Assembly: GCA_964468565.1 (NCBI GenBank)
Contig: CAYXVN010000001.1
Location: 1-50,666, forward strand
From: an uncultured Oscillospiraceae bacterium
GTDB taxonomy: Bacteria > Bacillota > Clostridia > Oscillospirales > Oscillospiraceae
Length of the DNA stretch: 50,666 nt
Reading direction: 5' to 3'
A program made the position numbers and the translations under genes. Under the pieces are notes generated by a model, which worked only from the letters and a program-made list of their open reading frames with translations, had not been told where the DNA came from and searched no databases. Of the stretch, positions 17,380-27,658 are shown one piece after another; the stretch's first letter is position 1, and the number at the start of each line of letters is the position of its first letter.

Positions 17380-19372
17380 TTCGCAACGGTTCCAGCGCAC
17401 GTACCACTGCAGCCAGTTTCTGGGGAGCCTGTGCACCCCGGAGTGGACCCTCTTCAGCCTCTGGGCTCCCACGGCCCAGAAGGTGACCCTGCGGCTTTTC
17501 AGAAGGGGGAGCGGAGGGGAGCCCTTCCGGCAGATGGAACTGAAACCGGAGATTCACGGGCGCTGGAGCTGCAGGATGGCAGAGAACCTGGACGGCGTCT
17601 ATTACGACTATCTGGTGACGGTGGGAACCGAGACCCGGGCCACAGGAGATCCCTATGCCCGGGCCTGCGGCCTCAACGGGGAGCGGAGCATGGTCATTGA
17701 TCTCTCCCGTACGGATCCGGAGGGCTGGGAGGAGGATGTTCCCCCGCCCCGGAAACCGGAGGCCGTCATTTATGAGATCCACGTAAAGGACTTCTCCTGC
17801 CACCCCGCCTCCGGGGTGAGACCGGAGTGGCGGGGGAAGTACCTGGGGCTGACCCAGGAGGGCACAACGCTGAACTGGGATGGGATCCACCCCACCTGTC
17901 TGGACTGGGTGAAGGGGCTGGGGGTGACCCATGTGCAGCTGATGCCCGTCTACGACTACGGCTCTGTGGACGAAGGCGGAAGTGAGCAGCAGTTCAACTG
18001 GGGCTATGACCCCATGAACTACAATGTGCCGGAGGGGTCCTACGCCACGGACCCTGAAGATGGTGCGGTACGGATCCGGGAACTGAAACAGGCCGTTCAG
18101 GCCCTCCACCGCTCCGGGCTGCGGGTGATCATGGACGTGGTGTACAACCACACCTACCGCCTGGAATCTTCCCTGTGGAAGACGGTGCCCTGGTACTTCT
18201 ACCGGCAGGACGGAAGGGGGAGGCCCACCAACGGCTCCGGCTGCGGAAACGACATCGCCTCGGAGCGCAGCATGGCCGCCCGGTTCATTCTGGACTCGGT
18301 GCTCTACTGGGCCCAGGAGTACCATATGGACGGATTCCGCTTTGATCTCATGGGACTTCTGGATGTGCCCCTGATGAATTCCATCCGCCAGGAACTGGAT
18401 CGGAGGTACGGCAGGGGAGAAAAGCTGATGCTGGGAGAGCCCTGGGCCGCAGGAAACACAGGGGCCAGACCCGGTACGGTTCTGGCCCATAAGGGAAACA
18501 TGGACCGTATGGACCCGGAGATTGCCGCCTTCTGCGATGCCACCCGGGATGCGGTGAAAGGCAGCCTCTTTGAGGAGGCCGGCCGGGGCTTTGTGAACGG
18601 CGGGGGTCTGGATGAGGACCGGCTTGTGTCCTGTCTGGGGGCCTGGTGTGAGGAGAGCGGGCAGATGCCGTCTCAGGTGGTGTCCTATCTCTCCTGCCAC
18701 GATGACTGGACCCTCTGGGACCGGCTGGTGAACAGCGGAGATCCGAAAAAGCGCTACACCCTGCCTCAGCCGGAACTGCTGCGGCAGAACCGTCTGGCGG
18801 CAGCCATCTGTCTGTGCTGTCAGGGCTGTCTCTTTCTGCTCTCCGGGGAGGAATTCGGCCGCACGAAACAGGGCTGCCGGAATTCCTACTGCTCTCCTCT
18901 GGAGATCAACCGGCTGGACTGGGAGCTGGCCTGGGAGAACCGGGATCTGGCGGATTACTACCGGGGTCTCATTGCTCTGCGGATGCAGCTGCCGGGCCTC
19001 CAGGACAAGAGCCGGCAGGCGGGTCAGCGCCTTCAGAAGCTGTCTGTGCCCGCACAGGACTGTGCCCTGGTGGCGGTGAACAACCGGGGCGGAGCGAGCC
19101 GCTGGCAGGTGATTCTGCTGGCCTTCAGCGCGGCCAGGGAGCCGGTTCCCCTGGAGCTGCCGGAGGGGGTCTGGGAGATTCTGGCAGATGAGGTGTCCAG
19201 CTTCGGCTGGCGAAGCCCCAGGCGGGTGACGGAGCGCATCCTCCTGAAACCGGTATCCGCCCTGATTCTGGGCCTGTCCCCCTGTGCGGAGACAATGAGC
19301 GGGAATGAGCCAGGGGCGGCGGCATTCCCGGAATCCCCGGAGAACGGGGTGCCTGAACAGCCCATCAGATAA
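17348..19372 (+). CDS. pulA: Type I pullulanase (GH13), no signal peptide
   Basis: LWAPTA, FNWGYDP, MDVVYNH, DGFRFDLMG, GEPW, CHDD; start uncertain (ATG 17348, overlapping upstream gene). Confidence 0.9.
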   Translation: MQSKSLKRKFDSQRFQRTYHCSQFLGSLCTPEWTLFSLWAPTAQKVTLRLFRRGSGGEPFRQMELKPEIHGRWSCRMAENLDGVYYDYLVTVGTETRATGDPYARACGLNGERSMVIDLSRTDPEGWEEDVPPPRKPEAVIYEIHVKDFSCHPASGVRPEWRGKYLGLTQEGTTLNWDGIHPTCLDWVKGLGVTHVQLMPVYDYGSVDEGGSEQQFNWGYDPMNYNVPEGSYATDPEDGAVRIRELKQAVQALHRSGLRVIMDVVYNHTYRLESSLWKTVPWYFYRQDGRGRPTNGSGCGNDIASERSMAARFILDSVLYWAQEYHMDGFRFDLMGLLDVPLMNSIRQELDRRYGRGEKLMLGEPWAAGNTGARPGTVLAHKGNMDRMDPEIAAFCDATRDAVKGSLFEEAGRGFVNGGGLDEDRLVSCLGAWCEESGQMPSQVVSYLSCHDDWTLWDRLVNSGDPKKRYTLPQPELLRQNRLAAAICLCCQGCLFLLSGEEFGRTKQGCRNSYCSPLEINRLDWELAWENRDLADYYRGLIALRMQLPGLQDKSRQAGQRLQKLSVPAQDCALVAVNNRGGASRWQVILLAFSAAREPVPLELPEGVWEILADEVSSFGWRSPRRVTERILLKPVSALILGLSPCAETMSGNEPGAAAFPESPENGVPEQPIR

Positions 19373-19378
19373 GAACAG

Positions 19379-19408
19379 GACCCGTCGGAACAGGCCGACG
19401 GGTCTTTT
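19379..19408 (+). terminator. Intrinsic terminator
   Basis: GACCCGTCGG-loop-CCGACGGGTC-TTTT. Confidence 0.75.
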
Positions 19409-19618
19409 CATATCTGGTTCCCGGAGAACAGGAGAGGGGGACAGTCTGGCTGGACCTGTCCATGCGGACTGCCGCTGTCGGGGGCGCAAGGGGCAGCGGC
19501 GCACTCCACCGCCCGGCCGGAGACATGGGGGACGGGAGAGAATCCCCGTGTGGTGCAGCAGACCCCACACCCGAGAAGGTCCGGGCAGTGGGGGGACTCC
19601 GGAGGAGGCGGAATCCCG

Positions 19619-20206
19619 TCATCTCAGCCGGGGAGGCTCCTCTCGTGGGGAGGGGAGGATGGAGTCCAGATGGGGCAGATGGTGGTAAGTCAGTTTTTCA
19701 CTCTTTTTTCCGCAGTGGCTTTCCAGGAAGAGGACCATGTCCCGGGCTGTGCCGCCGCTGACGTGGGATTTGTCCAGAACCAGCCCCTGCCCCTCCTTCT
19801 GGATCACATAGCAGCGCCGATCGGTCTCCAGCAGGTATGCACACTGCGAATAGGGGTAGCGGGCGCTGCCCTTTGCATTGGAGGCGACAATGTGGGATTT
19901 GTCCAGCACATAGTCGTTGCGTACCACGCTCTTGTCCAGACCCAGCCAGGACCGCTTGGCCATGGTCCGGTAGATATTGAAAACGCGGAGGGCGAAGAGG
20001 AGACCTATGACAAAGAATAGGGCAACCAGGGCCGGATGGCCGTTGTGGAAGAAGGCCAGGAAGGAGGCAAAAAAGGCGCAGACGCTCCAGACCAGGGCCA
20101 CCAGGCGCTGCTTACGTGCCACAGAAGGATCAATGACCTTGCTGACCACCCACTCAAGTTCTTCCAGACAGTCCTGGTCATACATGGTCCAGGTGCTCAG
20201 TTTCAT
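19619..20206 (-). CDS. YcxB-like membrane protein
   Basis: Two TM helices then ARYPYSQCAYLLETDRRCYVI...GLVLDK; GGGAGGA RBS before ATG 20206. Confidence 0.7.
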   Translation of the reverse strand: MKLSTWTMYDQDCLEELEWVVSKVIDPSVARKQRLVALVWSVCAFFASFLAFFHNGHPALVALFFVIGLLFALRVFNIYRTMAKRSWLGLDKSVVRNDYVLDKSHIVASNAKGSARYPYSQCAYLLETDRRCYVIQKEGQGLVLDKSHVSGGTARDMVLFLESHCGKKSEKLTYHHLPHLDSILPSPREEPPRLR

Positions 20207-20257
20207 GGCAGTGTCCTCCCCGCTCCGGGCCTGCGGTCCGGAATTCTCCAAAATTTT

Positions 20258-20286
20258 ATTATACAGCAGCGCAGGGTTCCCGTCAA
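20258..20286 (-). promoter_or_regulatory. SigA promoter of YcxB-like gene
   Basis: TTGACG-17 bp-TATAAT. Confidence 0.75.
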
Positions 20287-20329
20287 GAAAGGGATGTGAC
20301 GGGCCGGAGAGGGGGAGGAGAAAATCTGC

Positions 20330-20358
20330 TTGACGCCATTTGGGCCAAATGGTAGACT
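20330..20358 (+). promoter_or_regulatory. SigA promoter of patB with palindromic spacer
   Basis: TTGACG-CCATTTGGGCCAAATGG-TAGACT; the spacer is a perfect 8-1-8 inverted repeat. Confidence 0.7.
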
Positions 20359-20438
20359 GACGGAAAAGAGCAGCGGGACCGGACGTCTGGGGAATGCCTG
20401 AAATTCAGAGGCCCTGCGCAGCAATGGGGGAGTGCATT

Positions 20439-21614
20439 TTGATTCAGTACGACTTTGATGCGGTTGTGGACCGCCGGAACACCAACAGCCTGAAGCATGA
20501 CTTTGCCGTGGAGCATGGCCTGCCTGCGGATGTGCTGCCCCTCTGGGTGGCGGACATGGACTTCCGGGCTCCTCAGCCGGTGCTGGACGCCCTGGAGCGG
20601 GCGGTGCGGCACGGTATCTTCGGTTACAGCGAGGTGAAGGAGGGTTATGCCCGTACCCTGGCGGCCTGGTTCCTGGACAGCTTCGGCTGGGAGCCGAAGC
20701 CGGAGTGGCTGGTGAAAACTCCTGGGGTAGTGTATGCCCTGGCGACGGCGGTGCGGGCTCTGACGGAGCCCGGGGACAGCGTTCTGATTCAGCCGCCGGT
20801 GTATCATCCCTTTTTCAGCGTCGTGCGAAACAATGGCCGGGTTCTGGTGGAGAACCGCCTGGTGTACCGGGGTGGCCGCTACGAAATCGATTTTGAGGAC
20901 TTTGAGGCGAAGATTGTCTCCGGGAAGGTGAAACTCTTCATTCTCTGCTCTCCTCACAACCCCATCGGGCGGGTCTGGACCCGGGAGGAACTGCAGCGGA
21001 TGGGGAGCATCTGCCGGGAACACGGCGTCATGGTGATCTCGGACGAGATTCACTGCGATTTCACTCTGCCGGGCCATCCCCACACGGTGTTCGCTCAGGC
21101 CTGTCCGGAGATGGAGGACCGGATCATGGTCTGCACCGCCCCCAGCAAGACCTTCAATCTGGCCGGGCTGCAGGCCTCCGGAATCTGGATTCCCGACGCC
21201 GGGATACGGAAGAGATTCTGCAGGGAGATGAGCAACGGCGGGATAAGCGGTCTCAACACCCTGGGGCTGGTGGCCTGTCAGGCCGCCTATGCCGAGGGCA
21301 GAGAGTGGCTGCAGCAGCTGAAGGTCTACCTGCAGGGAAATCTGGAGTATGTGCGCACTTTCCTGCAGGAGAAGATTCCCGGGATCCGGCTGGTGGAGCC
21401 GGAGGGAACCTATTTTGCCTGGCTGGATTGCACGGGTCTGGGTCTGGATCCGGCGGGCCTGAACGACCTGATTGTGAACCGGGCGCGGCTCTGGCTGGAA
21501 TCCGGGGAGATCTTCGGAGGGGATGCCCAGCTGTTTCAGCGGGTTGTGCTGGCGTGCCCCAGAGCAACCCTGCAGGAGGCCATGGAACGTCTGGAGCGGG
21601 CTGTCCGCGCCTGA
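20439..21614 (+). CDS. patB: MalY/PatB-family PLP-dependent C-S lyase (cystathionine beta-lyase)
   Basis: PLWVADMDF, CSPHNP, SDEIHCD, APSKTFNLAG, EGTY; TTG start after GGGGGAG. Confidence 0.9.
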   Translation: MIQYDFDAVVDRRNTNSLKHDFAVEHGLPADVLPLWVADMDFRAPQPVLDALERAVRHGIFGYSEVKEGYARTLAAWFLDSFGWEPKPEWLVKTPGVVYALATAVRALTEPGDSVLIQPPVYHPFFSVVRNNGRVLVENRLVYRGGRYEIDFEDFEAKIVSGKVKLFILCSPHNPIGRVWTREELQRMGSICREHGVMVISDEIHCDFTLPGHPHTVFAQACPEMEDRIMVCTAPSKTFNLAGLQASGIWIPDAGIRKRFCREMSNGGISGLNTLGLVACQAAYAEGREWLQQLKVYLQGNLEYVRTFLQEKIPGIRLVEPEGTYFAWLDCTGLGLDPAGLNDLIVNRARLWLESGEIFGGDAQLFQRVVLACPRATLQEAMERLERAVRA

Positions 21615-21826
21615 GCCAGGAAGTCAGGTGCAGGGAGACTCCGGCGGAATGCTGTCCGGGGCACTGGAGGCAGCAGAATTGGCGAAGGTTTCCAGGTGTC
21701 GGTTGTGAGGGGCGGAGAAGGCGGGTCAGAAGGCCGGTGCTGCTTCTCCGGCAGGCGATGAGGGGGAGGGACACCGCATTGGAGGGGGACGTCCGTCAGA
21801 ATGGGTCTGAAAGAGGGAGGAACATC

Positions 21827-22804
21827 ATGGGCCTGGCAAAGAACCGCATTGCCGTGGAGCGGATGGCGGAGATGCTGGAGGATCTTCAGAAAAATGAATC
21901 CGAAGGGGGGGAGAGTCCCGGGGCAAGCCGGGCGGACCTGCACATCCACAGTACAGCTTCGGACGGGACGGATACCCCCCGGGGGGTTCTGGAGCGGGCC
22001 CGGAAGGCGGGCATCGCCTTTGTGGGCCTGACGGACCACGATACGGTGACAGGGGTGCGGTCTCTGAAGGGACAGGTGCCGGAGGATGTGTTCCTTGTAC
22101 CCGGCATCGAATTTTCCTGTAAGGGGAGGGCAGGCAAATGCCATATCCTGGGATACTGCTGCGATATGGACCATCCGTCATTTTGCAGAGCCCTGGAGAC
22201 GGGACGGAAGCTGCGCCGGGAGAAGCTGGACCGCCGGCTGACCTTTCTGGAGGAAGAGGAGGGAATCCGCTTTTCCCGGGAGGAGGTGGACCGGCTTTAT
22301 GAGATGGTGCGCCTTGGCCAGAGCGTGGGCAAGCCCCACCTGGGGAATCTGCTGGTGAAGTACGGAAAGGCAACGGACCGCAGCCAGGCCATCCGGGAGA
22401 TCATCAACCGCTGCCCCACGGAAGAGAGCCGGATTGAGACCGGTCAGGCGGTGGACGCCATTCTGGCCTCCGGCGGGATTCCTGTCTGGGCCCATCCCAT
22501 GGGGGGAGAGGGCGAGGAACGTCTGACATGGGAACAGTTCGAAGGTCAGCTGGCGGAACTGCTTTCCTATGGGCTGAAGGGCCTGGAATGCTGGTATTCC
22601 CGATTCCCTATGGATCTGTGCAGACAGCTCTCCCGGAGGGCCAGGGAGCATGGCCTTCTGATCTCCGGCGGCAGTGACTGCCACGGGACCAACAAACCCA
22701 TTCAGGCGGGCACTCTGAATGCGGAGGGGGTGCGGGTTCCGGTGCGCCGGCTCACCATCCTCCCTGTACTGACCGGGCGGATGAGGGAGATGACATCCCC
22801 CTGA
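21827..22804 (+). CDS. PHP domain phosphoesterase (TrpH/YciV-like)
   Basis: DLHIHSTASDG, LTDHD, GIEFS, HILGY, AHP, GGSDCH; GGGAGG RBS before ATG 21827. Confidence 0.9.
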   Translation: MGLAKNRIAVERMAEMLEDLQKNESEGGESPGASRADLHIHSTASDGTDTPRGVLERARKAGIAFVGLTDHDTVTGVRSLKGQVPEDVFLVPGIEFSCKGRAGKCHILGYCCDMDHPSFCRALETGRKLRREKLDRRLTFLEEEEGIRFSREEVDRLYEMVRLGQSVGKPHLGNLLVKYGKATDRSQAIREIINRCPTEESRIETGQAVDAILASGGIPVWAHPMGGEGEERLTWEQFEGQLAELLSYGLKGLECWYSRFPMDLCRQLSRRAREHGLLISGGSDCHGTNKPIQAGTLNAEGVRVPVRRLTILPVLTGRMREMTSP

Positions 22805-22921
22805 TGTGCTCCTGTCTGGGCCGCTTCCGGGAGTGGGCGAAGATCCTTTTCCAGGGGGTGATCCTGCGGAAGAGAACCGGGGGAGATGGCCGGCGGAGGA
22901 CTTGGAGAGGAGAGTTGTGCT

Positions 22922-24355
22922 GTGACAGAAGAGATCCGAACCACCTCCGGGGTGGTGCGGGGGAGGGGGGACGGTGCCTTTCTGGGAATTCCCTACGGAA
23001 CGGCCCGGCGGTTTGGCCCTCTGGAGAGTGTGCACTGGGAGGGAGTGCTGGACTGCAGCCGGGCTGCTCCTGCCTGCCCGCAGCCCGGATATCTGGGGAA
23101 AAGACCGAAGGGGACGGAGTTCTTCTGGCTGGGAAAGGAGGGCCCTCTGACCCTGAATGTGTGGACACCTCCTTCCGGAAGCGGGAGGGGGCTGCCGGTG
23201 GTGGTGTTTGTCCACGGCGGTGGCTTTCAGGTGGGCAGCGGCAGTGCTCCGGGATGTACAGGTCCATCCCTGGGGCTGGAGGACGGCATCGTTTTTGTGT
23301 CGATGAATTACCGGTTGGGCGTATTGGGCGGTCTCTACCTGGGGGAACAGCTGGGAGAGGATTATGCCGGCTCCGGCAGCCGTTCCGCTGCGGATGTGCT
23401 GGCAGCCCTGATCTGGGTGAAGGAGAATGCGCAGGCTTTCGGTGCAGATCCGGACCGGATCACGGTGCTGGGGGTCTCTGCCGGGGCCAAAATTCTGGCG
23501 GCGCTGATGACCCTTCCGGAGTCCCGGGGACTGTTCGCCCAGGCCTGGCTGGAGAGCGGGGCCACCCAGTGCCTGCGCAGCCGCATGGTGGCAGGGAAGG
23601 TGACGAAGGGATTTCTGGATCTGCTTCCCGGTGTTTCGGCGGAGGATCTGCGGGAGCTCCCCCTGGAGCGGCTGCTGGAGGCCCAGGCGAAGATGTGCGA
23701 TTGTGCATACTCCACCTGCTTTTTTGGGCCGGTGCTGGATGATGGGATGTTTTCCTCCCAGTGGCTGGAGTCGTGGCAGAGGGGGGAGGGCTGGAGAGGC
23801 CGGGCAGTTCTGGGAAGCTGCAGAAGGGAGATGGCTGAGCCGGTACGGGATGCGGAGTTTTTCCTCCGGACCGATGAGATTCTCTTTGGCTGTCTTGGTC
23901 AGACCGGGAAAGAGAGAGCCCTGAAGGCGGCACAAAGGGGGATCGCCGGGGGTGGGGACCCGCTGGAGGTCTGGACTGCGGTATATTCGGATTGCATGTA
24001 CCGGACACATACGGACCGCCTTGCCCGGCGCCTGGTGCAGCAGGGATCCCTGGTGTGGGAATATTCCATGGAGGCCTGGCCCGCAGTTCACGGTATGGGT
24101 ATGCACCATATCCTTTATCGGGGGCAGAAGCCGCCTCTGCCCCCGGCTCAGATACCTTTGGCCCGGATTCTCAACCGCAGTGTCCGCGCCTTTGTGTGCT
24201 GTGGGGATCCCGGCACCGAGGATCTTCCCCGCTGGGAGCCGTCCCGGCCGGAGGCGGAGACGAAGCTGTATTTTGACAGAATTCCTTCGGTGCATGCTGG
24301 CCGGGGTGATACCCTGGAGGAGGTTCCGGAGTACAACTACTGCCAGGGAATCTGA
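22922..24355 (+). CDS. Type-B carboxylesterase
   Basis: FLGIPY, LNVWTP, HGGGF, NYRLG, GVSAG nucleophile motif; GTG start after GAGGAG. Confidence 0.88.
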   Translation: MTEEIRTTSGVVRGRGDGAFLGIPYGTARRFGPLESVHWEGVLDCSRAAPACPQPGYLGKRPKGTEFFWLGKEGPLTLNVWTPPSGSGRGLPVVVFVHGGGFQVGSGSAPGCTGPSLGLEDGIVFVSMNYRLGVLGGLYLGEQLGEDYAGSGSRSAADVLAALIWVKENAQAFGADPDRITVLGVSAGAKILAALMTLPESRGLFAQAWLESGATQCLRSRMVAGKVTKGFLDLLPGVSAEDLRELPLERLLEAQAKMCDCAYSTCFFGPVLDDGMFSSQWLESWQRGEGWRGRAVLGSCRREMAEPVRDAEFFLRTDEILFGCLGQTGKERALKAAQRGIAGGGDPLEVWTAVYSDCMYRTHTDRLARRLVQQGSLVWEYSMEAWPAVHGMGMHHILYRGQKPPLPPAQIPLARILNRSVRAFVCCGDPGTEDLPRWEPSRPEAETKLYFDRIPSVHAGRGDTLEEVPEYNYCQGI

Positions 24356-24477
24356 GATGGGAAGGGGAGATCCCCCAGTGTCAGCCCTGGGGGCCGTGGA
24401 TCAGGCCCACCTCTCCAGACGGAATCTCTCTCTTTGCAAGGGGACTGGAGTCCCGCCGAAAGGAAAATCATGCACAA

Positions 24478-24511
24478 AGCCGCCTTCATCCGGTTCGGGA
24501 TGGAGGCGGCT
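24478..24511. terminator. Terminator-like hairpin between convergent esterase and TAXI genes
   Basis: AGCCGCCTTCATCC-loop-GGATGGAGGCGGCT. Confidence 0.65.
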
Positions 24512-24515
24512 CTGT

Positions 24516-25463
24516 TCAGTCCGGGGAATTTCCCAGGCCCTGATAAAACTTCTGAGCGCCGGGGTGGAGGGGGATGGAGAGATCCTCCTGGAGGAAGGCT
24601 CCATCCAGCATGGGCTCCATGGATGGATGGGCCCGGGCAAGCGTTTCCCTGCCTTCCCAGAGAGAGCGGGTGAGGGCAAAGATAAGGTCCTCATCGGTTC
24701 TGGTGCTGGCACAGAGGAGGCATTTCACCCCGAAGGTGCGCACTGCCAGAGTCTGGCCGGTGTAGGTTCCGGCGGGAACGGCGGCATCCACATAGCGTGA
24801 GTTGCGGGCCAGAATAGACTCCAGTTCCTCCCGGGTGTAGAGGAGAACCCGGCAGGGGGTCCGGTCTGCCAGATCGTCCAGGCCCCCGATGGGAGCGCCG
24901 GTGAAGCCGTGAAGGGCGTCCAGCTGTCCCTCCAGTACCAGATCTGCGCCGGTACCCAGGCCGCAGTTTTTCAGTACGGTTTCCCCCTGATCCAGGCCCA
25001 GCGCAGAGAGGGCGACCCGGGCAGCCTGTTCGGTGGCGGAATTCTGGGGGCCGATGCCAAGGCGCAGGCCGGCCAGATCATGGACGTAGACGGCCCCGGT
25101 GCTCTCCGGAGCAATCCAGTTGGAGACGCTGACGTATACGGCGGCAACTGCCCGCAGAGAATCCCCTTCCGGCGTCTGGGCGGCATCGTAGGCCGCGTCT
25201 CCGGAAACCAGGGCAAGATCCACCTCGCCGTCAACAAGATTCTGAATATTCATATTGGAGCCGGTGGAAGCACTGACGTTCACCTTAAGATCTTCCTGGC
25301 TGAGAACCGCTGCAATGGCGCTGCCCACCGGATACATGGTGCCGCCGCTGTCGGCGGTGGAAATGGTGAGAACCTTCAGATCTCCCGGTTTGGACTCCTG
25401 GCTGCAGGCAATCAGGAGCAGACACAGAACCGCTGCGAAGAGCAGAGAGCGTTTCAGACGCAC
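24516..25463 (-). CDS. TAXI-family TRAP substrate-binding lipoprotein
   Basis: Lipobox LIAC; TADSGGTMYPVG, STGSNMN, NSATE, VPAGTY, PLHPGA. Confidence 0.88.
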   Translation of the reverse strand: MRLKRSLLFAAVLCLLLIACSQESKPGDLKVLTISTADSGGTMYPVGSAIAAVLSQEDLKVNVSASTGSNMNIQNLVDGEVDLALVSGDAAYDAAQTPEGDSLRAVAAVYVSVSNWIAPESTGAVYVHDLAGLRLGIGPQNSATEQAARVALSALGLDQGETVLKNCGLGTGADLVLEGQLDALHGFTGAPIGGLDDLADRTPCRVLLYTREELESILARNSRYVDAAVPAGTYTGQTLAVRTFGVKCLLCASTRTDEDLIFALTRSLWEGRETLARAHPSMEPMLDGAFLQEDLSIPLHPGAQKFYQGLGNSPD

Positions 25464-25566
25464 AGGGCATCATTCCTTTCCGGACAACTCGCAGGGGGTG
25501 GCGGGAGCAGGCATATAATCCCGGAAACGGGTCCGGCGCCAACGCCGGACCCGTCCAGGGGAGGTC

Positions 25567-26820
25567 TCAGACCAGAAAACTGCTGAAGAGAGAGAGAAAA
25601 ATGGGATTGTAGATGTCATCGATGATGACGGCAAAGGATGGGTACAGGACCCATGCCACGTTGTGCCAGCCGTACTGGTCCATGACCGCTTTCTCGTTTG
25701 CCACAGCATTGGGTCCGGAGCCGCAGCCCCAGCCGCAGTTGCCGGCGGTCATGACGGCAGCGCCGTAGTCGCGGCCGAACATGTTGAAGGAGATGAAGAT
25801 GCCGAACACAGCCATAAGAACAGCCTGCGCCAGCAGGATGATACCCATCTGACCGGCTACGGGAGCCAGGGCGGTGATGTCGATGGTCATCAGCACCAGG
25901 GCGAGATACAGTTCCAGGAACATGTGCTCGATGGCATCCACTTCCGCGGTGTGGATGGGCAGGTGCAGGGCTTCCATGACGTTCCTGCCGATGGCACCGG
26001 CGAAGAGGCAGCCGATGAACTTGGGCATCTCAATCATGGGGATGTTGTCCAGCAGGCAGTAAATGGGCATGCCGAAGGCGGCAAGCAGCAGGCAGGTGGC
26101 GAAGGTGGAGACCATGCGGTTGTTGTTCAGGGTGGGCTCGGAGCCCTTCACGGCAGACTCGGGACGGTCGTTGGGGTCGGCCTTCAGGTGGTGACGGGAG
26201 ATGAGGAAAGCAGCGACGGGTCCGCCGATGAGAGAGCCGATGATGTTTCCCATGGTGCCGGCGGCCACACCTACGGTGGCGGCAGACTCAGGAGCGCCCA
26301 TCTCCATGAAAATTTCGCCGAAAGCGGCGGCGGTTCCCACACCGCCGGACATGGAGGCGGAGGAACACTGGAGAGCCAGCAGAGGATGCATGTTGATCAC
26401 GGTGCCTATGGCCACGCCCAGCAGATCCTGGAGCGTGATGAGCAGGCATGCTGCGATGGCGATCTTGGCGAGAAGAGCCCCGCCGGCATTTTTCAGGGTA
26501 CGGATGCTGAATCCGAAACCGACGCAGAGGAAGAAGAGATTCTGGCACAGATCCTGTACGTTCCCGGAGTTGAAGGAGATGGCCACAATGCCGGATCCCT
26601 TCAGAATTGCGATGACGATGGAGAACAGAAGGCCGGACACCACCGGGGCGGGAATGGCGAATTTCCGCAGCAGGCTGGAATGGGCGACGCACCAGTGTCC
26701 CAGGAAAATGACGATGGCGGCAAAGCCCAAGGTGGTGAGGTACTCGAACTTGAAGGCCGTGACAGCTCCGTCTGCCGCGGGAGTCAGCTCTCCGAAGTAC
26801 CCGAGAATGTTTTCAAGCAT
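25567..26820 (-). CDS. gltS: Sodium/glutamate symporter (ESS family)
   Basis: IPAPVVSG, SMSGGVGTAAA, GSLIGGP, GRDYGAAV...GWGCGSGPNAVAN; GAGGAG RBS. Confidence 0.85.
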   Translation of the reverse strand: MLENILGYFGELTPAADGAVTAFKFEYLTTLGFAAIVIFLGHWCVAHSSLLRKFAIPAPVVSGLLFSIVIAILKGSGIVAISFNSGNVQDLCQNLFFLCVGFGFSIRTLKNAGGALLAKIAIAACLLITLQDLLGVAIGTVINMHPLLALQCSSASMSGGVGTAAAFGEIFMEMGAPESAATVGVAAGTMGNIIGSLIGGPVAAFLISRHHLKADPNDRPESAVKGSEPTLNNNRMVSTFATCLLLAAFGMPIYCLLDNIPMIEMPKFIGCLFAGAIGRNVMEALHLPIHTAEVDAIEHMFLELYLALVLMTIDITALAPVAGQMGIILLAQAVLMAVFGIFISFNMFGRDYGAAVMTAGNCGWGCGSGPNAVANEKAVMDQYGWHNVAWVLYPSFAVIIDDIYNPIFLSLFSSFLV

Positions 26821-26871
26821 ACACAGGACTCCTCTCTTTTCCTTCCCGGTAGGCCGGGAAATGGTAGAATC

Positions 26872-26932
26872 AGGATACCAGAACGGAGAGCGAAAGGCAA
26901 GATTGTGTAACTTACGAAGGCGTTTTGTAAGT
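26872..26932 (-). promoter_or_regulatory. gltS promoter plus upstream AT-rich candidate regulator site
   Basis: TTGCCT-17 bp-TATCCT with TG extension; ACTTAC-N11-GTAAGT inverted repeat at 26910-26932. Confidence 0.55.
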
Positions 26933-26965
26933 ATAGTTCACGGAACTTCGCCAGGGCATGCAGGT

Positions 26966-27658
26966 TCAGGGATCTTTTTCGGTACGGCTGTACCGGATGG
27001 CGGGACGGCCTCCGGTCTGATAGTCTATGGTGCTGGCGATTTCGCCGCCATCCGTCATAAAGCTGACGTACCGGCGGATGGTGATGCGGGACAGTCCCAC
27101 CTGCTCGGCAACCTCCTCGCTGGTGAAGCTTTCCCTGGGATGGGCGGCGAAGAAGGAGCGGACATGCTCCAGCGTGGAGGCGTTGAGGCCCTTGGGGAGG
27201 GACTGGGAGGGAGCGGGGGGCAGATGTCTGCTCCCAACCAGTTCATCGATGGAGTTCTGGTCCAGACATCCGGGCTCCCGCTCCAGCAGTCCCCGGGTCT
27301 GGCGGAAGCGGTCCAGGGCCTGCTGAAAGCGGTCTCGCTGGAAGGGCTTCACCAGATAATCCAGAACGCCCCGGGCCAGAAGCCCCTGGACGATGGCGGT
27401 GTCGTTGGCGGAGGTCACCATGATGATGGCGGGAATGCGCCCGATGGCATGCAGACGGTCTACAAAATCCAGCCCGGTCATGGCGGGAGTGTAGAAATCC
27501 AGGATGATGAGATCCACCGGGTGGCACTCCAGAAAGTTCAGCCCCTCCTGCCCGTCCCGGCAGAGCTGCACCACCTGGAAGGCGGGATCCATCTCGACAT
27601 ACTGCCGGTCGATGGCGGCCACCATGGGGTCGTCTTCAATGATCAGGACGCGGTACAT
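26966..27658 (-). CDS. CitB/DcuR/MalR-family response regulator
   Basis: IEDDPMVA receiver; LPKGLNASTL...VGLSRITIRRY...GGRP. Confidence 0.92.
   Translation of the reverse strand: MYRVLIIEDDPMVAAIDRQYVEMDPAFQVVQLCRDGQEGLNFLECHPVDLIILDFYTPAMTGLDFVDRLHAIGRIPAIIMVTSANDTAIVQGLLARGVLDYLVKPFQRDRFQQALDRFRQTRGLLEREPGCLDQNSIDELVGSRHLPPAPSQSLPKGLNASTLEHVRSFFAAHPRESFTSEEVAEQVGLSRITIRRYVSFMTDGGEIASTIDYQTGGRPAIRYSRTEKDP

Noticed and set aside
21305-21826. N-terminal extensions of track ORFs (PHP, cls, deoB, ATPase, HAD)
   Set aside because: Overlap other genes or leaders; downstream starts match family N-termini.
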